From an uncultured Porphyromonadaceae bacterium (GTDB taxonomy: Bacteria > Bacteroidota > Bacteroidia > Bacteroidales > Muribaculaceae), in contig CAMQYM010000004.1 in assembly GCA_947039315.1 (NCBI GenBank), positions 291-64,290 of the forward strand: DNA of 64,000 bases, read 5' to 3'. The translations under genes and the position numbers were made by a program. The notes below the pieces were generated by a model. The model was given only the letters and a program-made list of their open reading frames with translations, ran no database searches and had not been told where the DNA came from. Below are positions 1 through 11,039 of this stretch, piece after piece; position 1 is the first letter of the stretch; the number at the start of each line of letters is the position of its first letter.

Positions 1-387
<387 letters not shown>

Positions 388-405
388 AAATAAAACAGAA
401 TTAAG

Positions 406-642
406 ATGACATTAGAAATAATATCGGCTCATGAGGTGACTTTCTCCGGTGAGGTCACATCAGTCACTCTCCCGGGAGAACTGGGTTCCTTCACCGTGCT
501 CAAGGACCACGCCCCGATCATATCGGTGCTTGTAAAGGGTCGCCTAAAGTATGTGACCGAAACCGGTGAGGAGGCATACGTCGATATCGCCGGAGGCCTC
601 GCCGACGTGAACCATAACAAAATTTCAGTGTGCATCTACTAA
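406..642 (+). CDS. atpC: F0F1 ATP synthase subunit epsilon, short form (78 aa, beta-sandwich only)
   Basis: Sits directly after atpD. The sequence LEIISAHEVTFSGEVTSVTLPGELGSFTVLKDHAPIISVL is typical of the epsilon N-terminal domain. Confidence 0.85.
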   Translation: MTLEIISAHEVTFSGEVTSVTLPGELGSFTVLKDHAPIISVLVKGRLKYVTETGEEAYVDIAGGLADVNHNKISVCIY

Positions 643-653
643 GAACCGTTACA

Positions 654-2009
654 ATGATGTCGAAAAGAATATCCATATTGGCGTTTCTGCTGACTCTCCT
701 GGCCGTGTTGCCCGGAAAGTGCCTGGCGTCGGGCGGCGAAGGGGAGAAAAAGGACATAGATGTGAAGGAAATAATTTTCGAGCATCTCGGTGACGGCTAC
801 GGCTGGGAAGTCCCTTTCAGCCATACCTACAGGATGCCTCTTCCCTGCATCGTCCGCTCGCAGGACGGCCATTGGTTCTGTTTCAGTTCCGCCGGCCTTA
901 CGGAAGTGAAGGAGGAAGAAGGGGAGGACGGCAAAGTCCATCACGTGTCGGAACCTGTGGTTAAGGTTTGCGAGCGCGACGGCAAGCAGTACAGCTTCGT
1001 GATCGCCCATGTCAGCAGTCATAAGGACAAAATCGTGGAGATTTTCCCGCTCTCTGAAGAGGACAGGGGAATTGTGGACGAGGCTCTCGCAAGGGAGCGT
1101 GCCGACAAGGCTTCGGACAATGCCTTTCCCGTAATTGACGGATATGTCCTTGTGGACGGCCAGTACTATCGCGAATATCGCCCTCTGGATCTGTCGGTCA
1201 CAAAGAATGTGGCAGCTATTTTCATAGCTGTGGTAATCGTCTTCCTAATGGTGATGTCGCTGGCCCGGTTCTATCGCAAAAACGGGCTTAGGGCGCCCCG
1301 CAAAGGTATGGGGTTCATTGAGTTGTGCGTGTCGTTCATTTATTATGACAACATCAAGCCGGCTCTTGGTGACAACGCCCGCAAGTTCGCGCCTTACCTT
1401 CTCACCGTGTTCTTCTTCATTCTCGTGATGAACCTCACGGGTCTGGTTGTGATTTTCCCGGGAGGAGCCAATCTTACCGGCAATATCGCTGTTACTCTGG
1501 TTTTGGCGCTCTGCACTTTCATCATAACGAACGTGCTCGGAACAAAGCATTACTGGAAAGAGATATTCTGGCCGGATGTGCCGTTGTTGCTGAAGTTCCC
1601 GCTCCCCATCATGCAGATGATAGAGGTGTTCGGTATCTTCACAAAGCCTGCCGCACTCTGCGTCCGTCTTTTCGCCAACATGATGGGAGGCCACATGATT
1701 GTGATCACGCTGACCCTGCTGATCTTCATCTTCGCTGCCTTCGGAGCGGCGATGGCCGGAGCCGCCACGGTTGTGTCGGTGCTGTTCTCCCTCTTCATGC
1801 TTGCGCTCGATGTGCTGGTTAGTTTCATCCAGGCTTATGTGTTCACGCTCCTGTCCGCGCTCTTCATAGCCATGGCTCAGGCCAGGGAAGAGCATGGTCA
1901 CAAGGGAGAGGGACATGATCCCGATGTCGAGAAGAAGGAGGCTGCCGAACTGAAAAGCGAGGAAGCCGCTCTCCACAAGCTCGCGGCGGAAATAGACATG
2001 AATAAGTAA
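654..2009 (+). CDS. atpB: F0F1 ATP synthase subunit a with a long N-terminal extension and a charged C-terminal tail
   Basis: The C-terminal half carries the subunit-a core (…ALCVRLFANMMGGHMIV…FIQAYVFTLLSALFIAMA). The first ATG after the atpC stop (640-642) is at 654, so the GTG at 630 in the ORF track was trimmed. The N-terminus is signal-like (MMSKRISILAFLLTLLAVLPG). Confidence 0.88.
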   Translation: MMSKRISILAFLLTLLAVLPGKCLASGGEGEKKDIDVKEIIFEHLGDGYGWEVPFSHTYRMPLPCIVRSQDGHWFCFSSAGLTEVKEEEGEDGKVHHVSEPVVKVCERDGKQYSFVIAHVSSHKDKIVEIFPLSEEDRGIVDEALARERADKASDNAFPVIDGYVLVDGQYYREYRPLDLSVTKNVAAIFIAVVIVFLMVMSLARFYRKNGLRAPRKGMGFIELCVSFIYYDNIKPALGDNARKFAPYLLTVFFFILVMNLTGLVVIFPGGANLTGNIAVTLVLALCTFIITNVLGTKHYWKEIFWPDVPLLLKFPLPIMQMIEVFGIFTKPAALCVRLFANMMGGHMIVITLTLLIFIFAAFGAAMAGAATVVSVLFSLFMLALDVLVSFIQAYVFTLLSALFIAMAQAREEHGHKGEGHDPDVEKKEAAELKSEEAALHKLAAEIDMNK

Positions 2010-2052
2010 TAGAATAATTTTAAAACAAAAAATAACAATTTAAAAGATCTGA

Positions 2053-2313
<261 letters not shown>

Positions 2314-2347
2314 GCGAGACCGTTTTTAATCCCAGAATAAATCAACA

Positions 2348-2842
2348 ATGGAATTATTCACGCCCGAAATTGGCTTGGTGTTCTGGATGTTCGTAGCGTT
2401 CATCCTCCTCTTCCTTGTCCTTGCGAAGTGGGGCTGGCCGATGATCATCAAGATGATGGACAAACGCGCAAGCACCATCGACCGGGGTGTGGAAGATGCG
2501 CGTCAGGCCCGCGAACAGCTCGACAACGCCCGTGAGGAAGCCCGCAAATATGTGGTGGAGGCACAGGCGAAGCAGTCGGAGATGCTCCGCGAGGCAGCGA
2601 AGATGAAATCGGACATTATCGAGGAGGCCCGCCGCGAGGCGGCGGAGGCCGCCCGCAGGGAGATGGAGTCGGCAAGACTCGCCATCGACCAGGCCCGCAA
2701 GGAGGCTGAACTTCAGTTCCGCAACGAAGTGGGTAAGGTGTCGATTGATATCGCCGAGAAAATGGTGCGCACGCGCATGCAGAACGACAAAGCCCAGACA
2801 GAGCTTGTCAACAGACTGTTGGACGAAATAGAGAAGAATTGA
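2348..2842 (+). CDS. atpF: F0F1 ATP synthase subunit b
   Basis: One N-terminal TM helix followed by a long charged, Ala/Glu/Arg-rich helix. Operon position is between atpE and atpH. Confidence 0.85.
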   Translation: MELFTPEIGLVFWMFVAFILLFLVLAKWGWPMIIKMMDKRASTIDRGVEDARQAREQLDNAREEARKYVVEAQAKQSEMLREAAKMKSDIIEEARREAAEAARREMESARLAIDQARKEAELQFRNEVGKVSIDIAEKMVRTRMQNDKAQTELVNRLLDEIEKN

Positions 2843-2846
2843 GACG

Positions 2847-3392
2847 ATGGTGACCGGACTTATTCCCCACAGATATGCCATGGCGCTGTATAAGTATGCC
2901 ATGGAGACTAAAACCGGCGATAAGGTTTACGAAGAGATGAAACGGGTGGCAGATGCTTTCAGCTCAAACCCGGGTCTCGAGAAAGTGTTGTCGAATCCTT
3001 ACGTGAAGAGCGACGACAAGAAACGCGTGCTTTTGGCCGCTGCCGGGGAGAATCCGGGAGACGACTTTCGTCGCTTTGTGACTCTGATCATCGACCATCG
3101 CCGCGAGGAATTCGCCTATCTCATGGCTCTCGCGTACCGCGACATCTACCGTAGGGAGAACAACATCTCGCAGGTGAGGATAACCACGGCAGTGGAACTC
3201 CCCGCCGGCGAGATGGATAAACTCCGCGGGGTAGTGGAGCGCGCGGTGAAAGCTTCCAGCCTGGAGTATGATTATGTGGTTGACCCCACCATTATCGGAG
3301 GGTTCATAATCGATGTCGATTCCACACGAATGGATGCTTCCGTCAGCGGCGAACTTGAACAATTACGTCTTAACCTCTTAAGAAGCAATTAA
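2847..3392 (+). CDS. atpH: F0F1 ATP synthase subunit delta (OSCP)
   Basis: 181 aa, positioned between atpF and atpA. The C-terminal IIGGFIIDVDSTRMDASVSGELEQL is typical of delta/OSCP. Confidence 0.85.
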   Translation: MVTGLIPHRYAMALYKYAMETKTGDKVYEEMKRVADAFSSNPGLEKVLSNPYVKSDDKKRVLLAAAGENPGDDFRRFVTLIIDHRREEFAYLMALAYRDIYRRENNISQVRITTAVELPAGEMDKLRGVVERAVKASSLEYDYVVDPTIIGGFIIDVDSTRMDASVSGELEQLRLNLLRSN

Positions 3393-3395
3393 GAA

Positions 3396-4985
<1,590 letters not shown>

Positions 4986-4994
4986 TAGCTGTCT

Positions 4995-5882
4995 ATGGCA
5001 ACGTTAAGGGAACTGAAGACAAGAATCGGATCGGTGGCTTCGACCGAGAAGATCACCGGCGCGATGAAGATGATATCATCCGCCAAAGTGCATCAGAACG
5101 AACTTGCACTTCGTCGGCTGCAGCCTTTCAAGGACAAGATCAAACAGATAATGGGGCACATCCTGGCCACTGACCGGAATTTCGTGTCTCCGCTGATCGA
5201 GACACGGGAGGTGAAGAAGGCTACCATGGTGGTGTTCGGCTCTGACGACGGTCTGTGCGGAGCCTACAACATCAATATCTTGAAAGGTTTCCTCGCTGCC
5301 GTCGACAGACTGCAGGAAAGGTATGGCTCGGATGTCGCCATCGATGTGTATGCAGTCGGGCAGAAAGTCGATAAGGCTATCCGCCGCATGCGCGATCCCC
5401 GTCTGAACGTGATCAGGGTGGAAGGAGTCGACAGCAAGATGGAAGGCGCCAGGGTCAACGAGTTCACTCAGGGACTTCGCGACAGCTTCATAGCCGGAGG
5501 AACCGACCTTGTGGAGGTAGTCTACATGAAGTTCTTCTCCATGAGCCGCCAGAAACTGACTGTGGAGCAGCTTTTTCCCGTCAGTCAGGAGGCCGTGGCA
5601 GGCGATGTCGCCGAAAAAGACGACAACCAGCTGTATATTTTCGAGCCGGACCCCAACCGCATCTTCAATGAGGTACTTCCGATGTTTGTCCTCTCGATGA
5701 TGCAGGAAATCACGGTGGAGAACCGCGCCTCGGAGCAGGCCGCCAGAGTTATGGCCATGCAGAGCGCGAATGACAACGCCCAGAAACTGCTCGAAGAGCT
5801 GCAGCTTGAATACAACAAACTGCGTCAGCAGAGCATCACCACTGAGTTGCTCGATATTATCGGCGGCCAGGTGGAGCGGTAA
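4995..5882 (+). CDS. atpG: F0F1 ATP synthase subunit gamma
   Basis: MATLRELKTRIGSVASTEKITGAMKMISSAK N-terminus and ITTELLDIIGG C-terminus are hallmarks of gamma. Confidence 0.92.
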   Translation: MATLRELKTRIGSVASTEKITGAMKMISSAKVHQNELALRRLQPFKDKIKQIMGHILATDRNFVSPLIETREVKKATMVVFGSDDGLCGAYNINILKGFLAAVDRLQERYGSDVAIDVYAVGQKVDKAIRRMRDPRLNVIRVEGVDSKMEGARVNEFTQGLRDSFIAGGTDLVEVVYMKFFSMSRQKLTVEQLFPVSQEAVAGDVAEKDDNQLYIFEPDPNRIFNEVLPMFVLSMMQEITVENRASEQAARVMAMQSANDNAQKLLEELQLEYNKLRQQSITTELLDIIGGQVER

Positions 5883-5894
5883 CCATATACGCAT

Positions 5895-5926
5895 GCCGCC
5901 GGCTTCGGCCGGCGGAATGCTTTTTC
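5895..5926 (+). terminator. Intrinsic terminator after atpG
   Basis: Stem ccgccggc (5896-5903), loop ttcg, stem gccggcgg (5908-5915), then aatgcttttt. This is an 8-bp all-GC stem with a UUCG loop and a T-run. Confidence 0.6.
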
Positions 5927-5964
5927 AACAGATAACAATTTCAGAACAACCAACAATAGGATTG

Positions 5965-6561
5965 ATGGCTAATATAGCAGAATATTTCAAATCGGTGGGA
6001 AGCGGTATCAAGAGTCTCGTCTTGGGAATGGGTGTCACGGGAAAGGAGTTCGTCACTCCCAAGATCACCGAGCAGTATCCTGAGAACAGGGATACTCTTC
6101 AGATCGCCGACCGCTTCAGGGCCGAACTCACGCTCATTTACGACGAGCAGGGACGCCACAAGTGCATCGGCTGCGGTATATGCCAGATGAACTGTCCCAA
6201 CGGCACCATCAAGTTGGAGACAAAGATGGTGGATCTTCCCGACGGGAAGAAGAAACGCAAGCTCGACAAGTATTTGTACGACATCGGAAGCTGCACGTTC
6301 TGCATGCTTTGCGTAACCACATGTCCCCAGCACGCCCTCGAATTCTCCAACGATTTCGAGCAGGCTGTTTTCACACGCGACAAACTCGTCAAACAGCTCA
6401 ACAACCGGCCCGAGCCGGAAGGCGAGCCGATGCCGGCTCCCAAACCGGCGATAGCTCCCGAGGAACTCGCCCGCATCAAGGCGGAGGCCCTCAGGAAGGC
6501 TGAGGCTGTCAAGGCCGCGAAAGCCGCCGAGGCCGCAAAAGCTGCCGGAGCTGACAAATGA
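5965..6561 (+). CDS. nuoI: NADH-quinone oxidoreductase subunit I (2x[4Fe-4S] ferredoxin) with an Ala/Lys/Pro-rich C-terminal tail
   Basis: Two ferredoxin motifs, CIGCGICQMNCP and CTFCMLCVTTCP. I chose the ATG at 5965 (MANIAEYFKS…) because the ORF-track start at 5770 overlaps atpG. Confidence 0.9.
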   Translation: MANIAEYFKSVGSGIKSLVLGMGVTGKEFVTPKITEQYPENRDTLQIADRFRAELTLIYDEQGRHKCIGCGICQMNCPNGTIKLETKMVDLPDGKKKRKLDKYLYDIGSCTFCMLCVTTCPQHALEFSNDFEQAVFTRDKLVKQLNNRPEPEGEPMPAPKPAIAPEELARIKAEALRKAEAVKAAKAAEAAKAAGADK

Positions 6562-6624
6562 CTTCATCATACCGGCCTCCATGAAGGAGCCGGGTCTTAA
6601 TTTGAAATTTTAACAACAATTATA

Positions 6625-7152
6625 ATGGATTCAGTTGCGAATATAATTTTGTACTTCGTGGTGGCGGCTATCATTGTGGTGTTTTCCATAATGACCGTGA
6701 CCTCGCGCAGAATTTTACGCTCCGCCACTTATCTGCTGTTCGTGCTCATCGGAACGGCCCTGTTCTATTTCCAGCTGGGCTATCAGTTCCTCGGAGGCGT
6801 GCAGATCGCAGTTTACGCAGGCGGTATCATGGTGCTGTTCGTCTTCTCTATTCTGCTTACCCGCAGACCCGATGAAGAGACAGCCAGGCTCGAGTCGTAC
6901 CGTCGTCGCGCAGGCGCCTTTATGGCTCTTGCCGGTACGGTTCTGCTTCTGCTCGCCATCTTCTACATGCCTCTTGTCGGCGGAGAGTCGCTTGCGGGCA
7001 GTATCGAAGCCGGACAGATGATCACCATGCAGGACATCGGTCACGCCATGCTCGGCACCGACCGGTTCCAGTACCTGCTCCCCTTTGAGGCGGTCAGCGT
7101 GCTTTTGCTATCTTGTATAATCGGCGGCGTTGTCGTTGCCCGCAAAAGATAA
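6625..7152 (+). CDS. nuoJ: NADH-quinone oxidoreductase subunit J
   Basis: 175-aa polytopic membrane protein between nuoI and nuoK; the block GGVQIAVYAGGIMVLFVF is typical. Confidence 0.85.
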   Translation: MDSVANIILYFVVAAIIVVFSIMTVTSRRILRSATYLLFVLIGTALFYFQLGYQFLGGVQIAVYAGGIMVLFVFSILLTRRPDEETARLESYRRRAGAFMALAGTVLLLLAIFYMPLVGGESLAGSIEAGQMITMQDIGHAMLGTDRFQYLLPFEAVSVLLLSCIIGGVVVARKR

Positions 7153-7158
7153 TTTAAC

Positions 7159-7470
7159 ATGGACTTGAACATATTCTGGTATCTTGTGCCGAGCGTCATA
7201 ATGTTTGCCGCCGGCGTCTACGGGTTCATCACCCGTAAAAATATGATCGCCATGCTCATATCCCTGGAACTTATCCTCAACTCCGCGGACCTCAATTTCG
7301 TGGTGTTCAACAGATATCTTTTCCCGGGTTCGATGGAGGGCATGATTTTCACTCTGTTCGCCATCGCCATCGCCGCCGCCGAGACGGCTATCGCGATCTC
7401 GATTATCATCAACATCTACCGGGAGGTGGGCAATTCCGATGTCGCCTCCGTGAAACAAATGAGATTCTAA
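7159..7470 (+). CDS. nuoK: NADH-quinone oxidoreductase subunit K
   Basis: 103-aa three-TM protein with conserved MLISLELILNSADLNFV and AAAETAIAISI. Confidence 0.88.
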   Translation: MDLNIFWYLVPSVIMFAAGVYGFITRKNMIAMLISLELILNSADLNFVVFNRYLFPGSMEGMIFTLFAIAIAAAETAIAISIIINIYREVGNSDVASVKQMRF

Positions 7471-7473
7471 GAC

Positions 7474-9456
7474 ATGGACATTACACTTCCTATACTGATT
7501 TTGGCGATTCCGTTCCTGATGTTCCTCATCCTCGGAATCGGCGGTGTGAAGATGTCGCGCAAGCTTGCCGGCGTCCTCGGCATCCTCGGCATGGGCTCCG
7601 TGATGACCTTGAGCTATGTCGTGGCGCTGACTTATTTCTTCAGCGGCGACGCGGCGTTTATCGTCGACGGTGTGCGCCAGCAGCTTCAGGTATTCGATGT
7701 CACCTGGCTCGCATTCACCGACCGGCTCGTGGTCAACATCGGCTTCCTGCTCGATCCCATATCGGCCATGATGCTCGTGGTGATCACCACCATCTCTTTT
7801 ATGGTACACCTCTACAGCTGGGGATACATGGAGCATGAGCCTGGGTTCCAGCGCTATTATGCGTTCCTGTCACTCTTCTCCTTCTCGATGCTCGGTCTTG
7901 TGGTGGCCACCAATATCTTCCAGATGTATATCTTCTGGGAGCTCGTGGGTGTATCCTCTTACCTGCTCATCGGATTTTTCTACAAACTTCCCTCTGCAGT
8001 GTCGGCCTCGAAGAAGGCGTTTATCGTCACACGTTTCGCCGACCTGTTCATGCTGATCGGTATTCTGGTGCTTTCATGGTATGTGTCGCAGACTCCTGCC
8101 GACGGACCTCTCGGTGGTGCTTCTGCGTTCAATTTCATGATGCTCAACTCGCAGCCCACCAATGTGCTGGCCTCGACCCTTGGCGCAACTTTCATGGGCG
8201 GCTCCGTGCTGACATGGGCGATGATTCTGATATTTGTCGGTGGTATGGGTAAATCCGCCATGATGCCTCTCCACATCTGGCTTCCAGACGCCATGGAGGG
8301 TCCGACGCCGGTTTCGGCGCTGATCCATGCCGCTACTATGGTGGTGGCCGGTGTGTATCTTGTAGCCCGTTTCTTCCCGCTCTACTGCATAGTGCCCGAT
8401 TCGCTGACTTTCATAACTGTAGTCGGCGCCATCACCGCATTCTATGCCGCAGTAGTGGCCTGCGCGCAGATCGACATAAAGAGGGTGCTCGCATTCTCCA
8501 CCATCTCGCAGATCGCGTTTATGATGGTGTCGCTCGGCTGTGCCTACAATGAGCCCGTCGAGGGTGTCCACTATTCCGGTCTCGGATATATGGCCTCGAT
8601 GTTCCACCTCTTCACCCACGCCATGTTCAAGGCGCTCCTCTTCCTCGGAGCGGGTGCGCTCATCCACGCTGTCCACAGCAACAACTATACGTCGATGGGC
8701 GGTCTGCGCAAATACATGCCGATCACACATTGGACATTCCTTATCGGATGTCTCGCCATAGCCGGTATTCCGCCTTTCTCCGGATTTTTCTCGAAAGATG
8801 AGATGCTGGCGGCCATGTTCTCCCGTCATTGGTTCTGGGGCGCATGGATGACAATGGTGGCGGGTCTCACAGCCTTCTATATGTTCCGTCTTTACTACCT
8901 TATTTTCTGGTGGGAGGAGAATCCGGAGTATAAGAATGGCCACAAGCCTCATGACGCGCCATGGCAGATGTCGCTTCCCCTCATCATTCTCGCGGCTGTG
9001 AGCTGCGTGGCCGGATTTATTCCGTTCGGTGAGCTGGTGACATTCAACGGCGAGCCTTACCATATCCATATTGAGGCGCCAGTGGCGGCTACGTCTATTA
9101 CAGTGGCTGTTCTCGCCATCGCGCTCGCAACGGTGATGTACCGCAAGAAAAATTCCATGCCCGAGAAGATGAAGAACATCTGGCCCGGTCTCTGGACCGC
9201 GGCGAACCGTCGCTTCTATTGGGACGAGATGTACCAGTGGGTTACCCACACCGTGATCTTCGGTTGCATCTGCCGTGGAATAGCATGGTTCGACCGTCAC
9301 ATCATCGATGGCACTATGGATGGCCTTGCAGCAGTGACACAGTTCTGCTCGGTTAAAATCAAAGGCATGCAGAGCGGCAGCGTCCAGACATACGTGGCCT
9401 GGTATCTGCTCGGTGCAATCCTGCTCGGTGCAATCACCTGGATCTGTATATTATAA
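7474..9456 (+). CDS. nuoL: NADH-quinone oxidoreductase subunit L
   Basis: 660-aa antiporter-like subunit with HIWLPDAMEGPTPVSALIHAATMVVAGVYL and a C-terminal lateral-helix region. Confidence 0.93.
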   Translation: MDITLPILILAIPFLMFLILGIGGVKMSRKLAGVLGILGMGSVMTLSYVVALTYFFSGDAAFIVDGVRQQLQVFDVTWLAFTDRLVVNIGFLLDPISAMMLVVITTISFMVHLYSWGYMEHEPGFQRYYAFLSLFSFSMLGLVVATNIFQMYIFWELVGVSSYLLIGFFYKLPSAVSASKKAFIVTRFADLFMLIGILVLSWYVSQTPADGPLGGASAFNFMMLNSQPTNVLASTLGATFMGGSVLTWAMILIFVGGMGKSAMMPLHIWLPDAMEGPTPVSALIHAATMVVAGVYLVARFFPLYCIVPDSLTFITVVGAITAFYAAVVACAQIDIKRVLAFSTISQIAFMMVSLGCAYNEPVEGVHYSGLGYMASMFHLFTHAMFKALLFLGAGALIHAVHSNNYTSMGGLRKYMPITHWTFLIGCLAIAGIPPFSGFFSKDEMLAAMFSRHWFWGAWMTMVAGLTAFYMFRLYYLIFWWEENPEYKNGHKPHDAPWQMSLPLIILAAVSCVAGFIPFGELVTFNGEPYHIHIEAPVAATSITVAVLAIALATVMYRKKNSMPEKMKNIWPGLWTAANRRFYWDEMYQWVTHTVIFGCICRGIAWFDRHIIDGTMDGLAAVTQFCSVKIKGMQSGSVQTYVAWYLLGAILLGAITWICIL

Positions 9457-9492
9457 TCCCCTTATTTGACACAAGACGAAAATATTTAGATT

Positions 9493-11010
9493 ATGTTTAG
9501 CAATATTTTGATATGGTTCGTTATCGTCCCGGTTCTCATGATGGCCGGTCTGGCATGTTGCGGCAACGGCAACATGAAGGCGATAAGGGGCGTGATGGTG
9601 ACGGGATCCATTGTCCTGCTTGCCATGGCAGTCTGGCTTGTGGTCGACTTCCTCGGTCTCCGCGCTTCCGGCGTGGCTGATGAAATGCTCTACGCGGGCA
9701 GCTGGATGTGGTACAAGCCTCTCAACATTCATCTTGCAGTGGGAGTGGATGGCATTTCGGTGCTGATGATTCTCCTTTCTGCGGTTATCGTTTTTGCCGG
9801 AACATTCGCTTCCTGGAAAATCAATCCCCTTCCCAAGAACTTCTTCCTCTGGTTCTGTCTCCTGTCGACCGGTGTGTTCGGATTCTTCATTTCCATTGAC
9901 ATGTTCACCATGTTCATGTTTTATGAGGTGGCTCTGATTCCGATGTACCTTCTGATCGGTGTGTGGGGCACGGGCCGCAAGGAATATTCGGCAATGAAGC
10001 TGACCCTGATGCTGATGGGCGGTTCGGCCTTCCTGATGCTCGGTCTTCTCGGTATCTATTGGCACAGTGCGCCGGAGGGCGGACAGCTCACCTGGAACAT
10101 TCTCGAGATATCCCACAACAATTCGATTGACGCGGGCTGGCAGAATCTTCTCTTCTGTTTCACGTTTGTCGGATTCGGTGTACTCGGAGCCATGTTCCCG
10201 TTCCACACCTGGAGTCCTGACGGTCACGCCTGCGCGCCGACCGCCGTGTCGATGCTCCACGCCGGAGTGCTTATGAAACTCGGTGGTTACGGATGCTTCC
10301 GCATAGCGATCTTCCTACTTCCTTCCGCAGCTCAGGAACTGGCATGGATATTCATCGTCCTCACCGGTATCAGCATTGTTTACGGAGCCTTCTCGGCATG
10401 TGTACAGACAGACCTCAAATATATCAACGCGTATTCGTCGGTGTCGCATTGCGGCATGGTGCTCTTCGCAATCCTGATGCTTAACAAGACGGCTATGACC
10501 GGCGGTATCCTGCAGATGCTCAGCCACGGTCTTATGACAGCTCTCTTCTTCGCGCTGATCGGTATGATCTATGGCCGTACGCATACCCGCGATATCCGCC
10601 AGATGGGCGGCCTTATGAAGATCATGCCCTATCTCGGAGTCTGCTACATGATAGCCGGTTTCGCATCGCTCGGTCTTCCCGGTCTTTCCGGCTTTGTCGC
10701 CGAGATGACCATATTCTTCGGAGCGTTCGAAAACGCAAGTCTTTTCCACCGTGTATTCGTGATCGCGGCCACCACATCGATTGTGATCACCGCCGTCTAC
10801 ATCCTCCGCGTGGTAGGAAAGCTGATTCTCGGCCCTGTGCACGACGAGCATCACCTCCAGCTCACCGACGCGTCCTGGTGGGAGCGTCTCTCCACAGTGA
10901 CCCTTATTCTCTGTCTGGCCGGAATCGGCTTCTTCCCCAACTGGATCAACGAGACCATCCAGCAGAGCTTTGTACCCATCATTAATGCATTGAACCTCGC
11001 AGCCGTCTGA
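9493..11010 (+). CDS. nuoM: NADH-quinone oxidoreductase subunit M
   Basis: Antiporter-like subunit with FPFHTWSPDGHACAPTAVSMLHAGVLMKLGGYG. Confidence 0.93.
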   Translation: MFSNILIWFVIVPVLMMAGLACCGNGNMKAIRGVMVTGSIVLLAMAVWLVVDFLGLRASGVADEMLYAGSWMWYKPLNIHLAVGVDGISVLMILLSAVIVFAGTFASWKINPLPKNFFLWFCLLSTGVFGFFISIDMFTMFMFYEVALIPMYLLIGVWGTGRKEYSAMKLTLMLMGGSAFLMLGLLGIYWHSAPEGGQLTWNILEISHNNSIDAGWQNLLFCFTFVGFGVLGAMFPFHTWSPDGHACAPTAVSMLHAGVLMKLGGYGCFRIAIFLLPSAAQELAWIFIVLTGISIVYGAFSACVQTDLKYINAYSSVSHCGMVLFAILMLNKTAMTGGILQMLSHGLMTALFFALIGMIYGRTHTRDIRQMGGLMKIMPYLGVCYMIAGFASLGLPGLSGFVAEMTIFFGAFENASLFHRVFVIAATTSIVITAVYILRVVGKLILGPVHDEHHLQLTDASWWERLSTVTLILCLAGIGFFPNWINETIQQSFVPIINALNLAAV

Positions 11011-11039
11011 CCGGCCCGGCACAAAACAACAATAGCAAA

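Noticed and set aside
5770-5964. N-terminal extensions suggested by the ORF track for nuoI (5770), atpB (630), patatin (28081), PPIase (23128), HU (33238), chrA (38301), the 806-aa T9SS protein (41744), C25 (42482), Mfa2 (56830) and the thioredoxin-like gene (62375).
   Set aside because: The extensions overlap upstream genes or promoters, use non-ATG starts, and precede obvious signal peptides or conserved N-termini that begin at internal ATGs.
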